Positions 51,240 to 60,650 of a DNA stretch of 64,000 nt are shown here, one piece after another. The position numbers and the translations under genes are program-made. Numbering within the stretch: position 1 is the stretch's first letter; every line of letters starts with the position of its first letter. Under the pieces are notes generated by a model. It saw only the letters and a list, made by a program, of their open reading frames with translations. It was not told where the DNA came from and made no database searches. The stretch is from Myxococcota bacterium. Its GTDB lineage: Bacteria; Myxococcota_A; UBA9160; UBA4427. The stretch covers positions 1,248,001 through 1,312,000 of the forward strand of contig OZ252299.1 in assembly GCA_965250285.1 (NCBI GenBank), written 5' to 3'.

Positions 51240-51899
51240 ATGGCCCAGATCGACCTCTACGAAGCGATGTCGACGACACGGGCCGTGCGCCGTCTGCGCC
51301 CAGACCCGATCCCCGACGCCGTGCTCGAGCGCGTGCTGCAGGCCGCGACCTGGGCGCCCTCGGGCGGCAATCGGCAGGCGTGGCAAATCGTCGTCGTACG
51401 CGACGCAGCCACGAAGGCGCAGCTGGGCGCGTGGTACGCCGAAGGTTGGTCGCGCTACCGCGCGCATCAAGAAAAGCCGCTCGCTGCGGCGCCGCCCGAC
51501 ATCGCAGCGCGCGCGCGGCGTTCGCTCGACGCCGGTAGCCATCTCGCCGAGCACTTCGCCCAGACACCGGTCGTGCTCGTCGTCTGCTTCGACCCGAACG
51601 GTCTCGCCGTGACCGATGCCGGGCTCGACCGCGTGAGCGTGGTGGGCGGCGGCTCGATCTATCCCGCGGTGCAGAACCTGCTGCTCGCCTGCCGGGCCGA
51701 GGGGCTCGGTAGCGTGCTGACGACGTTGCTCTGTGCGCGCGAGGCCGACGTCAAGGCGCTGCTCGAGATTCCGGACGAGTGGGGCACGGCCGCCACGATC
51801 CCGATCGGGTACCCGGTGGGCCGGGGGCATGGACCGCTTCGGCGCCGCGGCGTCGAAGAAACGGTGTTTGCCGACCGTTGGGGTCGCGCATGGACCTGA
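51240..51899 (+). CDS. Nitroreductase family protein
   Basis: TTRAVRRL, APSGGNRQ.W, SIYPAVQNLLLACRAEGLG, IPIGYP. Confidence 0.92.
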   Translation: MAQIDLYEAMSTTRAVRRLRPDPIPDAVLERVLQAATWAPSGGNRQAWQIVVVRDAATKAQLGAWYAEGWSRYRAHQEKPLAAAPPDIAARARRSLDAGSHLAEHFAQTPVVLVVCFDPNGLAVTDAGLDRVSVVGGGSIYPAVQNLLLACRAEGLGSVLTTLLCAREADVKALLEIPDEWGTAATIPIGYPVGRGHGPLRRRGVEETVFADRWGRAWT

Positions 51900-51948
51900 A
51901 GGTGCGCGCTGCCGAGGCACAGTGTCGATCGAGTAAGCTCGTTCCCCC

Positions 51949-53367
51949 ATGACGAGCTTCGACGAACGCCTCAGCGCGAGCCTCGCGCGCTCGATCCCCG
52001 ACTTCGATCGGCTCGTGAAGGCGAGGCGTCTGAGCGGCGGCGCGAGCCAGGCGACCTACCGCGTCGAGATCGAGACGACCCGAGGGCCCCGCACGCTCGC
52101 CGTGCGACGGTCGGCTCTCGGCGGGGCGACGCTCAACGAGGGGCCGGGCATCGAGGGCGAGGCCGAGCTCTTTCGTGTCGCGCGCGCGGCGGGGGTCCCC
52201 GAACCCGAGATCCACCACGTGTTCACGCCCGACGAGGAGCTGGGCGAAGGCTTCGTGATGGAGTGGCTCGATGGGGAGACGGTGGGCAGCCGGATCCTGC
52301 GCTCCCCCGATCTCGAGGCGGTGCGCCCGAAGCTCGCGCGACAGTGCGGCGAGATTCTCGCGCGGATCCACGGCATCGATCCCGCCTCGACCGGCCTCGA
52401 CCAGCGGCTCAAGACCGTGACGACCGAGGCCTTCGTGCGTGAGGTCTGGGAGCGGTACCAATCGTTCGGCACGTCGATGCCGATGATCGACTACACCGCG
52501 CGCTGGCTGCTCGATCACCTGCCTGACGAAGCCGCACCTCGGCTGGTTCACAACGACTTTCGCAACGGCAACATCATGGTCGCGCCGGAGGGCGTCGTCG
52601 CCGTGCTCGACTGGGAGCTCGCCCACCTCGGCGACCCGGTGCGCGACATCGGCTGGATCTGCACGAACTCGTGGCGCTTCGGTCGGTACGAGCACCCTGT
52701 CGGTGGCTTCGGTCGGCTCGAGGACCTGCTCGACGGTTACGAGCACGTCTCGGGCGTACGGGTGCCCGCCGAACACGTGCACTTCTGGGAGGTGTTCGGA
52801 TCGTTCTGGTGGGCCGCCTCGAGCCTCGCCATGGCCGCGTTCTGGCGGGCGGGCGCCGACAAGACGGTCGAGCGGCCGGGCATCGCCCGCCGCAGCAGCG
52901 AGTGTCAGGTCGACTGCGCGAACCTGATCATCCCCGGTCCCGTCGAGCTCGTCGAATCGAGCCCCGTCGCGACGAGCGTCGACATGCCGCGGGCCGACGA
53001 GCTGCTCACCAGCGTGCGCGACTTCTTGCGCGAGGACGCGCGCAAGGCCCTCGACGGGCGCAATGCCTTCCTGGCGCTCGTCGCGTCGAACTCCCTCGAC
53101 ATCGTGCTGCGCGAGCTCGAACGTGGCCCCGCGCATCTGCAGGGGGAGCTCGCTCGGCTCCAGGCGTTGTACGCCAGCGACGAGGGGCTCGAACCGCTGC
53201 GCGCTCGCCTGTGCGCCGAGCTTCGTGCGGGCGAGATCGCGCTCGATGCGCCGGGGCTGGCGGCGCACCTGCGCACGACCGCGGCGAATCAGCTCGCGAT
53301 CGATCAGCCGAAGTACTCCGGGCTCGCCGCCGCGCTGGCGTTCGACAACGAGGAGGGGGCGGCGTGA
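51949..53367 (+). CDS. APH-like phosphotransferase fused to DUF6285-like domain (LvaA-LvaB-like)
   Basis: LSGGASQ, LVHNDFRNGN, VLDWELAHLGDP; C-terminal VASNSLDIVLRE...QLAIDQPKY. Confidence 0.85.
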   Translation: MTSFDERLSASLARSIPDFDRLVKARRLSGGASQATYRVEIETTRGPRTLAVRRSALGGATLNEGPGIEGEAELFRVARAAGVPEPEIHHVFTPDEELGEGFVMEWLDGETVGSRILRSPDLEAVRPKLARQCGEILARIHGIDPASTGLDQRLKTVTTEAFVREVWERYQSFGTSMPMIDYTARWLLDHLPDEAAPRLVHNDFRNGNIMVAPEGVVAVLDWELAHLGDPVRDIGWICTNSWRFGRYEHPVGGFGRLEDLLDGYEHVSGVRVPAEHVHFWEVFGSFWWAASSLAMAAFWRAGADKTVERPGIARRSSECQVDCANLIIPGPVELVESSPVATSVDMPRADELLTSVRDFLREDARKALDGRNAFLALVASNSLDIVLRELERGPAHLQGELARLQALYASDEGLEPLRARLCAELRAGEIALDAPGLAAHLRTTAANQLAIDQPKYSGLAAALAFDNEEGAA

Positions 53368-53816
53368 TCCCCGACCTCGAGGCGATGGAGGCACTCGTCG
53401 GGCATCGGTTTCCGGGTGGGCGTTACCGCATCGAACACTGGGAGAACTTTCTGCTGAGCGACGCCACCGGCGTCGCGCCCCTGCCGGACGGTCTCGCGCA
53501 CCCCGTGCACCTGTTTCACGTGCCGATCAGCGGTTCGGGGACGAGCATCACCGAGCTGTTCAAGCTGGCGCAGGCGCAGCGGGCGGCGCCGGTCAGCATC
53601 GACTACTACGACTGGAAGATTCACGCGCCCCTGCGCGAGAACGAGCTCTACGCCCTCGATGGGGGGATCACCGCCGTCGAGCGCACCGAGCGCGAGAGCG
53701 CCCCGACCGTCGACTCGTTCACGTACGAGATCGACGTGCGCGACGCATCGGGTTCGCTCGCCGCCGAGGTGGCCTTTCGGTGGCACTTCTGGCGGCTCGG
53801 AGGCACCCCCTCATGA
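53364..53816 (+). CDS. Hotdog-fold (MaoC N-type) protein
   Basis: GTGA overlap; LVGHRFPGG.Y.IE.WEN, AHP, PLR; beta-rich C-terminus; paired with a MaoC gene. Confidence 0.65.
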   Translation: MIPDLEAMEALVGHRFPGGRYRIEHWENFLLSDATGVAPLPDGLAHPVHLFHVPISGSGTSITELFKLAQAQRAAPVSIDYYDWKIHAPLRENELYALDGGITAVERTERESAPTVDSFTYEIDVRDASGSLAAEVAFRWHFWRLGGTPS

Positions 53817-53850
53817 TCCGCGGGGGCGAGCGGCCGAGGGGAGACGCGTC

Positions 53851-54270
53851 GTGAACGTCGAAGTGGGCGATTCGATCCCGCCTTTCGTGATGGAGCGAGT
53901 CAGCGCCGACCGAATGAAGACGGTGGCGGCGATCTTGCGTGACCCGACGCCCATTCACTGGGACCGCGATGCGACCCGGGCGCTCGGTCTCGACGGGCGA
54001 CTGCTCAACCAGAGCCCGATCAACCTCGGGTACATCGTGAACATGCTGATCGCCTGGGCCGGGCCGACGTGCCTGCGGCGCATTCGAACCGAGTTTCCGC
54101 AGCCGGTCTTCGACGGCGATCGGGCCGAGGCGGGTGGGCGGGTCGTCGCCGTGACGCGAGAAGGCGACGAGCGCGTAGCCGAGTGCGAGGTCTGGCTCGA
54201 TCGCGCAGACGGCACGCGCAACGTCGCCGCCCGGGCCTGGGTGGCCGTGCCCGAAGCAGGAGGAAGCTGA
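53851..54270 (+). CDS. MaoC-family dehydratase
   Basis: DPTPIHWD, F.QPVFDGD. Confidence 0.8.
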   Translation: MNVEVGDSIPPFVMERVSADRMKTVAAILRDPTPIHWDRDATRALGLDGRLLNQSPINLGYIVNMLIAWAGPTCLRRIRTEFPQPVFDGDRAEAGGRVVAVTREGDERVAECEVWLDRADGTRNVAARAWVAVPEAGGS

Positions 54271-54271
54271 C

Positions 54272-55543
54272 ATGGACTTCGATCTCCCCGAGCACCTCGT
54301 GGCGTATCTCGCCGAGCTCGATGCGTTCATCGAGAGCGAGATCGTTCCCCTCGAGCAGCAGGACGACAACATTCGCTTCTTCGATCATCGCCGCGAAGAT
54401 GCGCGCACCGACTGGGAGCGCGGCGGCTTGCCCAACGAAGAGTGGGAGGCCCTGCTCGGCGAGGCGAAGCGCCGCGCGGACGCGGCGGGGCACTACCGAT
54501 ATCCCTTTCCGAAGGAGTGGGGCGGCCGCGAGGGTACGAACCTCGACATGGCGGTGATTCGGGAACATCTCGCACGCAAGGGGCTCGGGCTTCACAACGA
54601 CCTGCAGAACGAGCACTCGGTCGTCGGCAACAATGTCGGCCTGCTGCTGCTACTGCATTACGGCAGCGACGCGCAAAAGGCAGAGTGGCAGGATCGACTC
54701 GCCACCGGACAAGGCGGTTTCACCTTCGGCATCACCGAGAGCGCCCACGGCAGCGACGCGACGCACATGGAGACGAGCGGCGTCCGCGATGGCGACGAGT
54801 GGGTGCTGAACGGCGAAAAGTCGTGGAACACCGGCATCCACAAGGCGAGCCACGCGATGGTCATGGCCCGCACGAGTGGCGCGCCGGGGGACGGCCACGG
54901 CATCACCGCGTTTCTCACGCCAACCGATGCCCCGGGCTTTCGCGTCGAAGAGATGCTCTGGACGTTCAACATGCCGACCGACCATGGTCGCTTCACGCTG
55001 AACGACGTACGGGTGCCGCACGCGGCGATCTTCGGCGAGGAGGGCCGGGGGCTGCAGATCGTGCAGCACTTCTTCAACGAGAACCGCATCCGACAGGCCG
55101 CCTCGTCGCTCGGCGCCGCGCAGTTCTGCATCGATCGCTCGGTCGAATTCGCCCGCCACCGAAAGCCGTTCGGCAAGGCGCTCGCGACGAATCAGGGCAT
55201 TCAGTTTCCGCTCGTCGAGCTGCAGACCCAGTGCGAGATGCTGCGAGCGTTGATCCACAAGACTGCCTGGCAAATGGATCGTGACGGTGCGTTCTCGGTC
55301 TCGGACAAGGTCTCGATGTGCAACTACTGGTCGAACCGACTCTGTTGCGAGGCGGCCGATCGCGCCATGCAGGTGCACGGCGGCATGGGCTACTCGCGGC
55401 ACGAGCCCTTCGAGCACATCTACCGACACCACCGGCGCTACCGCATCACTGAAGGCGCCGAAGAGATCCAGATGCGACGCGTGGCCGGCTACTTGTTCGG
55501 CTTCATGAAGCAGCAGGCGCCGAAGGGTGTCACGACGGACTGA
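54272..55543 (+). CDS. Acyl-CoA dehydrogenase family protein
   Basis: TE..HGSDA, LNGEKSW, IFGEEGRG, RKPFGK, QVHGGMGYS, RITEGAEE. Confidence 0.93.
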   Translation: MDFDLPEHLVAYLAELDAFIESEIVPLEQQDDNIRFFDHRREDARTDWERGGLPNEEWEALLGEAKRRADAAGHYRYPFPKEWGGREGTNLDMAVIREHLARKGLGLHNDLQNEHSVVGNNVGLLLLLHYGSDAQKAEWQDRLATGQGGFTFGITESAHGSDATHMETSGVRDGDEWVLNGEKSWNTGIHKASHAMVMARTSGAPGDGHGITAFLTPTDAPGFRVEEMLWTFNMPTDHGRFTLNDVRVPHAAIFGEEGRGLQIVQHFFNENRIRQAASSLGAAQFCIDRSVEFARHRKPFGKALATNQGIQFPLVELQTQCEMLRALIHKTAWQMDRDGAFSVSDKVSMCNYWSNRLCCEAADRAMQVHGGMGYSRHEPFEHIYRHHRRYRITEGAEEIQMRRVAGYLFGFMKQQAPKGVTTD

Positions 55544-55558
55544 CGAGGCCGGGGTGAC

Positions 55559-55993
55559 TCACGCCTCGGTTTCGACGAGCGTCGCGGTGCGTCGCATCCC
55601 GCCGCGAATCGCGGCGTACAGCCCGAGGCCGACGGGGCCCATCATCAGCGTGAAGGCAAGGCACGGCAGGACGATCAACGGGTGGATGCCGCGCCGCACG
55701 GCGTCGCGGCTGATCCAGGCGCCGACGAAGAGATCGAATACCAGGTAGTGCACCCAGCCGGCCAGCAATGCGCGGGGGTCGGCGAAGGCCGCCCCGAGCC
55801 CGGCGAGTGTCGAGATGTCGCCTTCGGCGTCCGCGCCGAGCAGCAGCCACAGATAGATCGGCGCATAGACCGCGACGATCACGACCGAGTGCGTCAATCG
55901 ACGCGTCCATTCCCAGCGAGGGGCGACGGCGAGCAGCACCCAGAAGGGCAGGACGGCGGTATTCAGAATCGTGAAGAGCGTCTCGAGGTTCAT
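55559..55993 (-). CDS. ABA4-like (DUF4281) membrane protein
   Basis: LPFW.LL..APRW, AGWVHYLVFDLFVG, LTLMMGPVG-like motif. Confidence 0.88.
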   Translation of the reverse strand: MNLETLFTILNTAVLPFWVLLAVAPRWEWTRRLTHSVVIVAVYAPIYLWLLLGADAEGDISTLAGLGAAFADPRALLAGWVHYLVFDLFVGAWISRDAVRRGIHPLIVLPCLAFTLMMGPVGLGLYAAIRGGMRRTATLVETEA

Positions 55994-56055
55994 GCGGAGC
56001 CTCCCTGTCGGAAAACGTTCGCGCAGCTCAGATCGCGGCGCTCGACACTCGAGGC

Positions 56056-56670
56056 TCAGCCCGAGCTGTCGGCCTTGCGCTCGAAGTACTGCAGGTCGAC
56101 GAACAGGCCGGCTGCGAGCAGCAGCAGGCGATCGTCGTCGGTGAGCGACGGGTCGACGAACTCGATCTTGAAGTTGTCGGCGTCGAGGAACGCCTCCTTC
56201 ATGAGGCCCGACCAGCGCTTGCGCACGAACGCCAGCTCGCGACCTTCGCGCTCGAACGGGAAGGTCCAGGGCCTCCAGAGCGGGCTTGCGACTCGCAGAC
56301 GCACCTCGCCCATCGCATCCTCGACGTCGAAGCGTTTGTGAAGCAGCGAGAAGCGCTGTTGCAGCGCGCCGAGGGGACGCCCTTCGGCTGTGTGCACCTC
56401 GAGTCGCTGGAAGAAGAAGCGCCACGGGTGCACGGCCACGGCCACGAGTGCCCGCTGCATGTCGAAGATGTGAATCTCGAACGTTCGCCAGTGGCCGAGG
56501 AACATGCGCGCGAGCAGCGCGCCGAAACCCTTGCCCTGCTCGGCGGCGAACCCGAGCGGGGCGCCGTCGCCGCCGAAGATCTCGAACTTGTTGCGCGTCT
56601 CGAAGCCGGCCAGCTCGGCGAGCTCGCGGCGCTGCTGCAGGACGATCTCGGTCTGCGAGGCGAGGTGCAT
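56056..56670 (-). CDS. Phospholipid scramblase/LURP-one-related protein
   Basis: GFETRNKFEI, WSGLMKEAFLDADNF.IEF, DLQYFE. Confidence 0.82.
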   Translation of the reverse strand: MHLASQTEIVLQQRRELAELAGFETRNKFEIFGGDGAPLGFAAEQGKGFGALLARMFLGHWRTFEIHIFDMQRALVAVAVHPWRFFFQRLEVHTAEGRPLGALQQRFSLLHKRFDVEDAMGEVRLRVASPLWRPWTFPFEREGRELAFVRKRWSGLMKEAFLDADNFKIEFVDPSLTDDDRLLLLAAGLFVDLQYFERKADSSG

Positions 56671-56702
56671 GAGAGCGAGGGTACCGGGGCGATCCGGGCG
56701 TG

Positions 56703-57278
56703 CTAGCGCGCGCCGAGATCCTGCCCGCCCGACTCGACGAGCCGCTCGAAGCGCGCGGGGCGGGGGTCTGCGTCGTCGACGATGCGGCCGATCCAGTGGC
56801 GCACGTAGTCGAGGTCGAGCTCACCGTCGGTTGCGAACACGACCTCGGCGAGGTCGCGCCAGTCCTTCTCGCGGTCGAAGACGATCTTGTAGATCATCAG
56901 GTCTTCGGCCGAGAGCACGTGGATTTCGTCTCCGCCGAAGTCGACGCGGCGTCGGCGCTCCATCGAGCTGTCGTGCAGCGGGTCGTACGAGAAGAAGAGG
57001 TCGAGCGGCGTGCGGTCCCAGTACAGCCGCGTCTGTCCGTGGTGCTCGATCGCTTCACGCACGCGATCACCGCCCGGCGACACGCCGAGGTCTTCGAGCA
57101 CCGACAGCACTTCGTTCGCGCGCGACGCCGCGACGAAGACGTTGAGGTCGATATCGTGGGTCGCCCGCGGCGTGCCGTAGTAGGCGAGGGCGTGCGCACC
57201 GCCGAAGGCATGCGGCAGGTCGGCGGCGTCCAGCGCGTGGCCGATGGCGACGATCTTCTCGTCGAGCAGCATCGCCAT
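56703..57278 (-). CDS. Nucleotidyltransferase (DUF6036/AbiEii-like)
   Basis: GGAHALAYYGTPRATHDID, LSAEDLMIYK..FDREKDWRD. Confidence 0.8.
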   Translation of the reverse strand: MAMLLDEKIVAIGHALDAADLPHAFGGAHALAYYGTPRATHDIDLNVFVAASRANEVLSVLEDLGVSPGGDRVREAIEHHGQTRLYWDRTPLDLFFSYDPLHDSSMERRRRVDFGGDEIHVLSAEDLMIYKIVFDREKDWRDLAEVVFATDGELDLDYVRHWIGRIVDDADPRPARFERLVESGGQDLGAR

Positions 57279-57281
57279 CGT

Positions 57282-57779
57282 TCAGTGCGCAGGCTGCGAG
57301 CTGAAGCGCGGGAAGGGCTCGGGCTCGGCCACGCGAAGCGGCCGCCGCGACTGCACGATGCGATCAGCCGTGCGCAGGAGGCCCCGCAGCGCGGCACCCC
57401 GCTCGCGCTCGGGCTGGCCGATCCAGTCGGCCGCATCGCTCAGATGCTCGGGGACGGGTTGGGCGTCGAGCGCGTCGAGCGCTTCGCGGAGCAGGCCGAC
57501 GAGGGTCGGCTCGAGCTCACCGCCGCGCTGCAGCCGCGCGAGCAGGCGCCGTGCGTTCGGGTGCCGGCGTCGCATGCGCACCGGTAGGCCGAGCTTCTCG
57601 GCGCGGGCGATCAGGGCCTCGCGGTCGAAGGGGCGTCGGGCATTCGACTCGGCCTCGTCGAGGATCTCGGGCGTCAGGCTGTCGCGAAAACGTGCGAGGG
57701 AGCGTTGGCGCGGCCCGCGCTCGGTCGGCACGCACTCGCGAATCTCGTACAGGTCGCGCTGTCTACGAATCGACGCCAT
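57282..57779 (-). CDS. Hypothetical protein upstream of the nucleotidyltransferase
   Basis: GGAGAAG RBS before ATG 57779; stop 3 nt before the NTase start; ends ..PFPRFSS. Confidence 0.7.
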   Translation of the reverse strand: MASIRRQRDLYEIRECVPTERGPRQRSLARFRDSLTPEILDEAESNARRPFDREALIARAEKLGLPVRMRRRHPNARRLLARLQRGGELEPTLVGLLREALDALDAQPVPEHLSDAADWIGQPERERGAALRGLLRTADRIVQSRRPLRVAEPEPFPRFSSQPAH

Positions 57780-57927
57780 GGGGCTTCTCCGGTCGTTCGG
57801 CGGGCGAATGGACCACCCGAGTGGATCGGACACCGAGAAAGTACTCATGAGGACTGAATTGGCAAACGCCCCGCGGGCGGCGAGCCTCGATCCGCCTGTG
57901 CGGCGAATGCTACGGTGCGCGCCACGT

Positions 57928-58009
57928 GCCGGGGTGGCGAAACTGGTAGACGCAGTGGCCTTAGGAGCCACCGCCCTTGGGCGTGCAGGTTCGAGTCCTG
58001 TCCCCGGCA
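57928..58009 (+). tRNA. tRNA-Leu (TAG), CCA not encoded
   Basis: GCCGGGG/CCCCGGC acceptor; GTGGC-CTTAGGA-GCCAC anticodon arm; long variable arm; GGTTCGAGT. Confidence 0.96.
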
Positions 58010-58117
58010 CCCTTCCGCGTTGCATTCATGCAGCTCAGCCCCGCGAGATCTTCGGCGGGCCGCATCTGCCATCGCATCGGAAAGCACGAGGCGGCCCCAG
58101 GTCAACGACGTCACGGC

Positions 58118-58987
58118 TCATGGCCCCTCCGATGCCCCTCGGAGGAAGGCCAACAGCGCCTGCACCTTCGGTGTCCTGTGCTGATCGACGTGGGTCACGA
58201 GCCAGAACGGTACATCCCAGGTGGGGTCGGGTGGGTCCACTTCGATGAGTTCCGGGTCGTTCGCCGCCACGTACTCAGGGCAGAACCCGATGCCCAACCC
58301 GGACCGAATCGCCTCCATGTTGAGCCGGGGATTGGCGCTGGCGAAGGCGATCTTCGCATCGTCTCGCCCTTGAACCCAGCGAGCGAACGGAAACGGGCTG
58401 TCTGCGCCGGGGTCTCCGACGAACCGGTGGTCGGTCACGTCCGCACCAAAGTCCGGCATGCCTCGAGCCGCCACGTAGGACCGGTGCGCATACATGCCCG
58501 ATCGCAGCGTCAGGAAGGGCATCACCACGTAGTCTGGGTGATCGGGCCGGATTCGGGCACGGATGGCGACGTGCGCCTCGCCGTACTCGAGATTGAGCGC
58601 CCGGTCGCTCGAGTCGTAACGCACACGCATCCGAGGGTTCTCAGACAGGAACCGATCGAGCGCCGTCATCACCAGGGGAGCGATGATCTCGACCGACGTG
58701 ACGACGACTTCTCCTGAAAGCCGGGCGGACGCTCCGCGCAGGCGTCCCTCGAAGGCCGAGAACTCCTCCTCGGTCGCATCGGCGACGCGCAATAGATCGC
58801 GGCCCGCCTCGGTCGGCTCGTAACCGCGGGCATGCCGCAGGAAGAGCCGTTCGCCGAGCTCTTGCTCCAACGCATCGACATGGCGGATCACGGTGGCGCG
58901 GTGAAGCCCCAGGGCCTTCGCTGCCGCAGTGACGGTGCCGAGCTTCGCCACGAGATGCGCGGTTCGGACCTCTGTCCATCGCTCCAT
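58118..58987 (-). CDS. LysR-family transcriptional regulator
   Basis: GTVTAAAKALG...TVIRH..ALEQELG..LF.R..RGY.PTEAG; substrate-binding domain follows. Confidence 0.93.
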   Translation of the reverse strand: MERWTEVRTAHLVAKLGTVTAAAKALGLHRATVIRHVDALEQELGERLFLRHARGYEPTEAGRDLLRVADATEEEFSAFEGRLRGASARLSGEVVVTSVEIIAPLVMTALDRFLSENPRMRVRYDSSDRALNLEYGEAHVAIRARIRPDHPDYVVMPFLTLRSGMYAHRSYVAARGMPDFGADVTDHRFVGDPGADSPFPFARWVQGRDDAKIAFASANPRLNMEAIRSGLGIGFCPEYVAANDPELIEVDPPDPTWDVPFWLVTHVDQHRTPKVQALLAFLRGASEGP

Positions 58988-58994
58988 GACGGGA

Positions 58995-59052
58995 TGTTAC
59001 ATTTTCGCACACTGGCCGCGCCTGAACTCGACTTGTGTCGAATTTCTGCACA
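58995..59052. promoter_or_regulatory. Two LysR-type T-N11-A operator boxes
   Basis: TGTtacATTTtcGCACA (58995-59011) and TGTcgaATTTctGCACA (59036-59052), both TGT-N11-ACA, in the divergent spacer. Confidence 0.65.
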
Positions 59053-59088
59053 GGGAATGATTCATCCCGTTCGAGCTGGAGGATCGGC

Positions 59089-59559
59089 ATGAATGGAACA
59101 TCCGCGGCGCTCAGGGTCGCCGCTGTGCTCTGGATAGTCTGGGGACTCGTTCACATCCTGGCCGGGGTCATGACGATCTCTCAGGACGCGAGTGGAGCGG
59201 TACAGGGCATCGCGGACGCGGTTGATCCTGCCGAGCTGGTGCGTGACTACCCGCCTGCTGCTGCGGCCATCTTCAATCAGCATGGGTGGAACCTGGGCTG
59301 GATCGGTCTGACCACGCTCGCCTGCGCACCCTTCATCTGGCGAGGCGATGCGCAAGCCATCTTTCTGGCGGCCTTGGTTGGGGGCCTCGCCGACGTCGGC
59401 TACTTCGTCTTCATCGATCTGGGCGGCTTCGCCCGGTTGATCCCCGGCACCCTGATGACCGTGTTCTCCGCCAGCGCCATCGTGCTCAGCTTCTGGGCTT
59501 ACTTCAGCTCGAATCGATCGACAGACCCCACATCCGCTGACATCGAGTATTTGACTTGA
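59089..59559 (+). CDS. Hypothetical membrane protein (about 4 TM)
   Basis: GGAGG RBS; WIVWGLVH..AG, NQHGWNL, ADVGYFVFIDLGG. Confidence 0.75.
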   Translation: MNGTSAALRVAAVLWIVWGLVHILAGVMTISQDASGAVQGIADAVDPAELVRDYPPAAAAIFNQHGWNLGWIGLTTLACAPFIWRGDAQAIFLAALVGGLADVGYFVFIDLGGFARLIPGTLMTVFSASAIVLSFWAYFSSNRSTDPTSADIEYLT

Positions 59560-60281
59560 TCGGGGGCGAACCCCGAGATTTCGACGCGCGCCGGGACTCG
59601 AAGCTCCGGGTCATCGTCTTCGGCGCGACGGGTGGATTGGGTCAATGGGCCTGGAAGGCGGCCGTCGCAGCTGGCCACGACGTCGTCGCATTCGCCCGTT
59701 CTCCAGACAAGCTCGACTCGAGCGCCTTGGAGTACTCGAAGCTTCGCGTTGCTGTGGGGGACGTGATGGACGCCGCGGCCGTCGAGGAAGCCAGCAGCGG
59801 CTGTAAAGTCGCCATCAACTGCACTTCGCCGGCAGGTGGCAACTCGGCCCTCGAGATGGCTCGGTCGATCGCGAGCCGTGCTTCGGCAAGCGGCGTCGAC
59901 ACCTTCTACATGGTCGGTGGGGTGGGGGCGCTGTGGGTGCCCGGAAGTGGGCAGACAGTCTTGGTTCAGGACGCTGATTTCACCGACGAGCTGGCGAGGT
60001 TCGGGTTGCCGCCCGGGATGTCCAAGGAGCGAATTCAGGAAATGACCAAGGGCCATCTAGCTTCGATGGCGTACATGGCGAGTACCGGACTCGACCATAC
60101 GTTCGTGTGTCCTGGGGTCATGGTGGAGGGGCCGGCGACGTCCGAACGGGTGGTGACGCTTGACGAGCTCGGCGGGGCCGCCGTCATGCGCGTGAACATG
60201 GGCGACATCGCGGATGTGATCGTGGGCGATCTGGGCAAGCGCGAACTGATCGGCCACCGCGTCTGCGTGGCAGCCTCGTGA
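59556..60281 (+). CDS. NAD(P)H-binding Rossmann protein (BVR-B/NmrA-like)
   Basis: VIVFGATGGLG, GHDVVAFAR, VGGVGAL; TTGA overlap. Confidence 0.85.
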   Translation: MIGGEPRDFDARRDSKLRVIVFGATGGLGQWAWKAAVAAGHDVVAFARSPDKLDSSALEYSKLRVAVGDVMDAAAVEEASSGCKVAINCTSPAGGNSALEMARSIASRASASGVDTFYMVGGVGALWVPGSGQTVLVQDADFTDELARFGLPPGMSKERIQEMTKGHLASMAYMASTGLDHTFVCPGVMVEGPATSERVVTLDELGGAAVMRVNMGDIADVIVGDLGKRELIGHRVCVAAS

Positions 60282-60650
60282 CGATTCGACCGGCGCCCTC
60301 GATCTAGCCAGAGCGGCGAAGGACGCGGTCGGCGTCCGCGATCGTTCTGGGCGCTCGACAAGGAACGGGCGCGGTCGCGGGGGCGGAACCGTCGCATCCT
60401 CTCATGCGGTCGTTCGGCCGCGAAACTGCCGATCCGCCTGCGGCGGAACGCTCTCGCCGTTGCGCGGAGACGCCCTGCGAGCAGACCGGTTGGTGGAGAG
60501 CTTCGGGCGCGTCGCCAGCCGATCCACCAACAGCTACAACTCCAATCCAATCGGCACGCGCAGTAGGGCGACGCCCAAAAAGGCTGTGGAGTTCCGGTCC
60601 ACCCTGGCCTCGGCAGCCAGACATTCTCTCTCGCGGATGGGTTTCGACGC

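Noticed and set aside
59441..59453. 13-nt match (TCCCCGGCACCCT) to the tRNA-Leu 3' end as attR
   Set aside because: It lies inside an intact CDS, mid-islet, is short and GC-rich; likely chance.
60282..60650. IS/MITE remnant (TTGGTGGA...TCCACCAA inverted repeat near 60490-60530)
   Set aside because: Only 8-bp arms, no transposase fragment or target duplication recognised.
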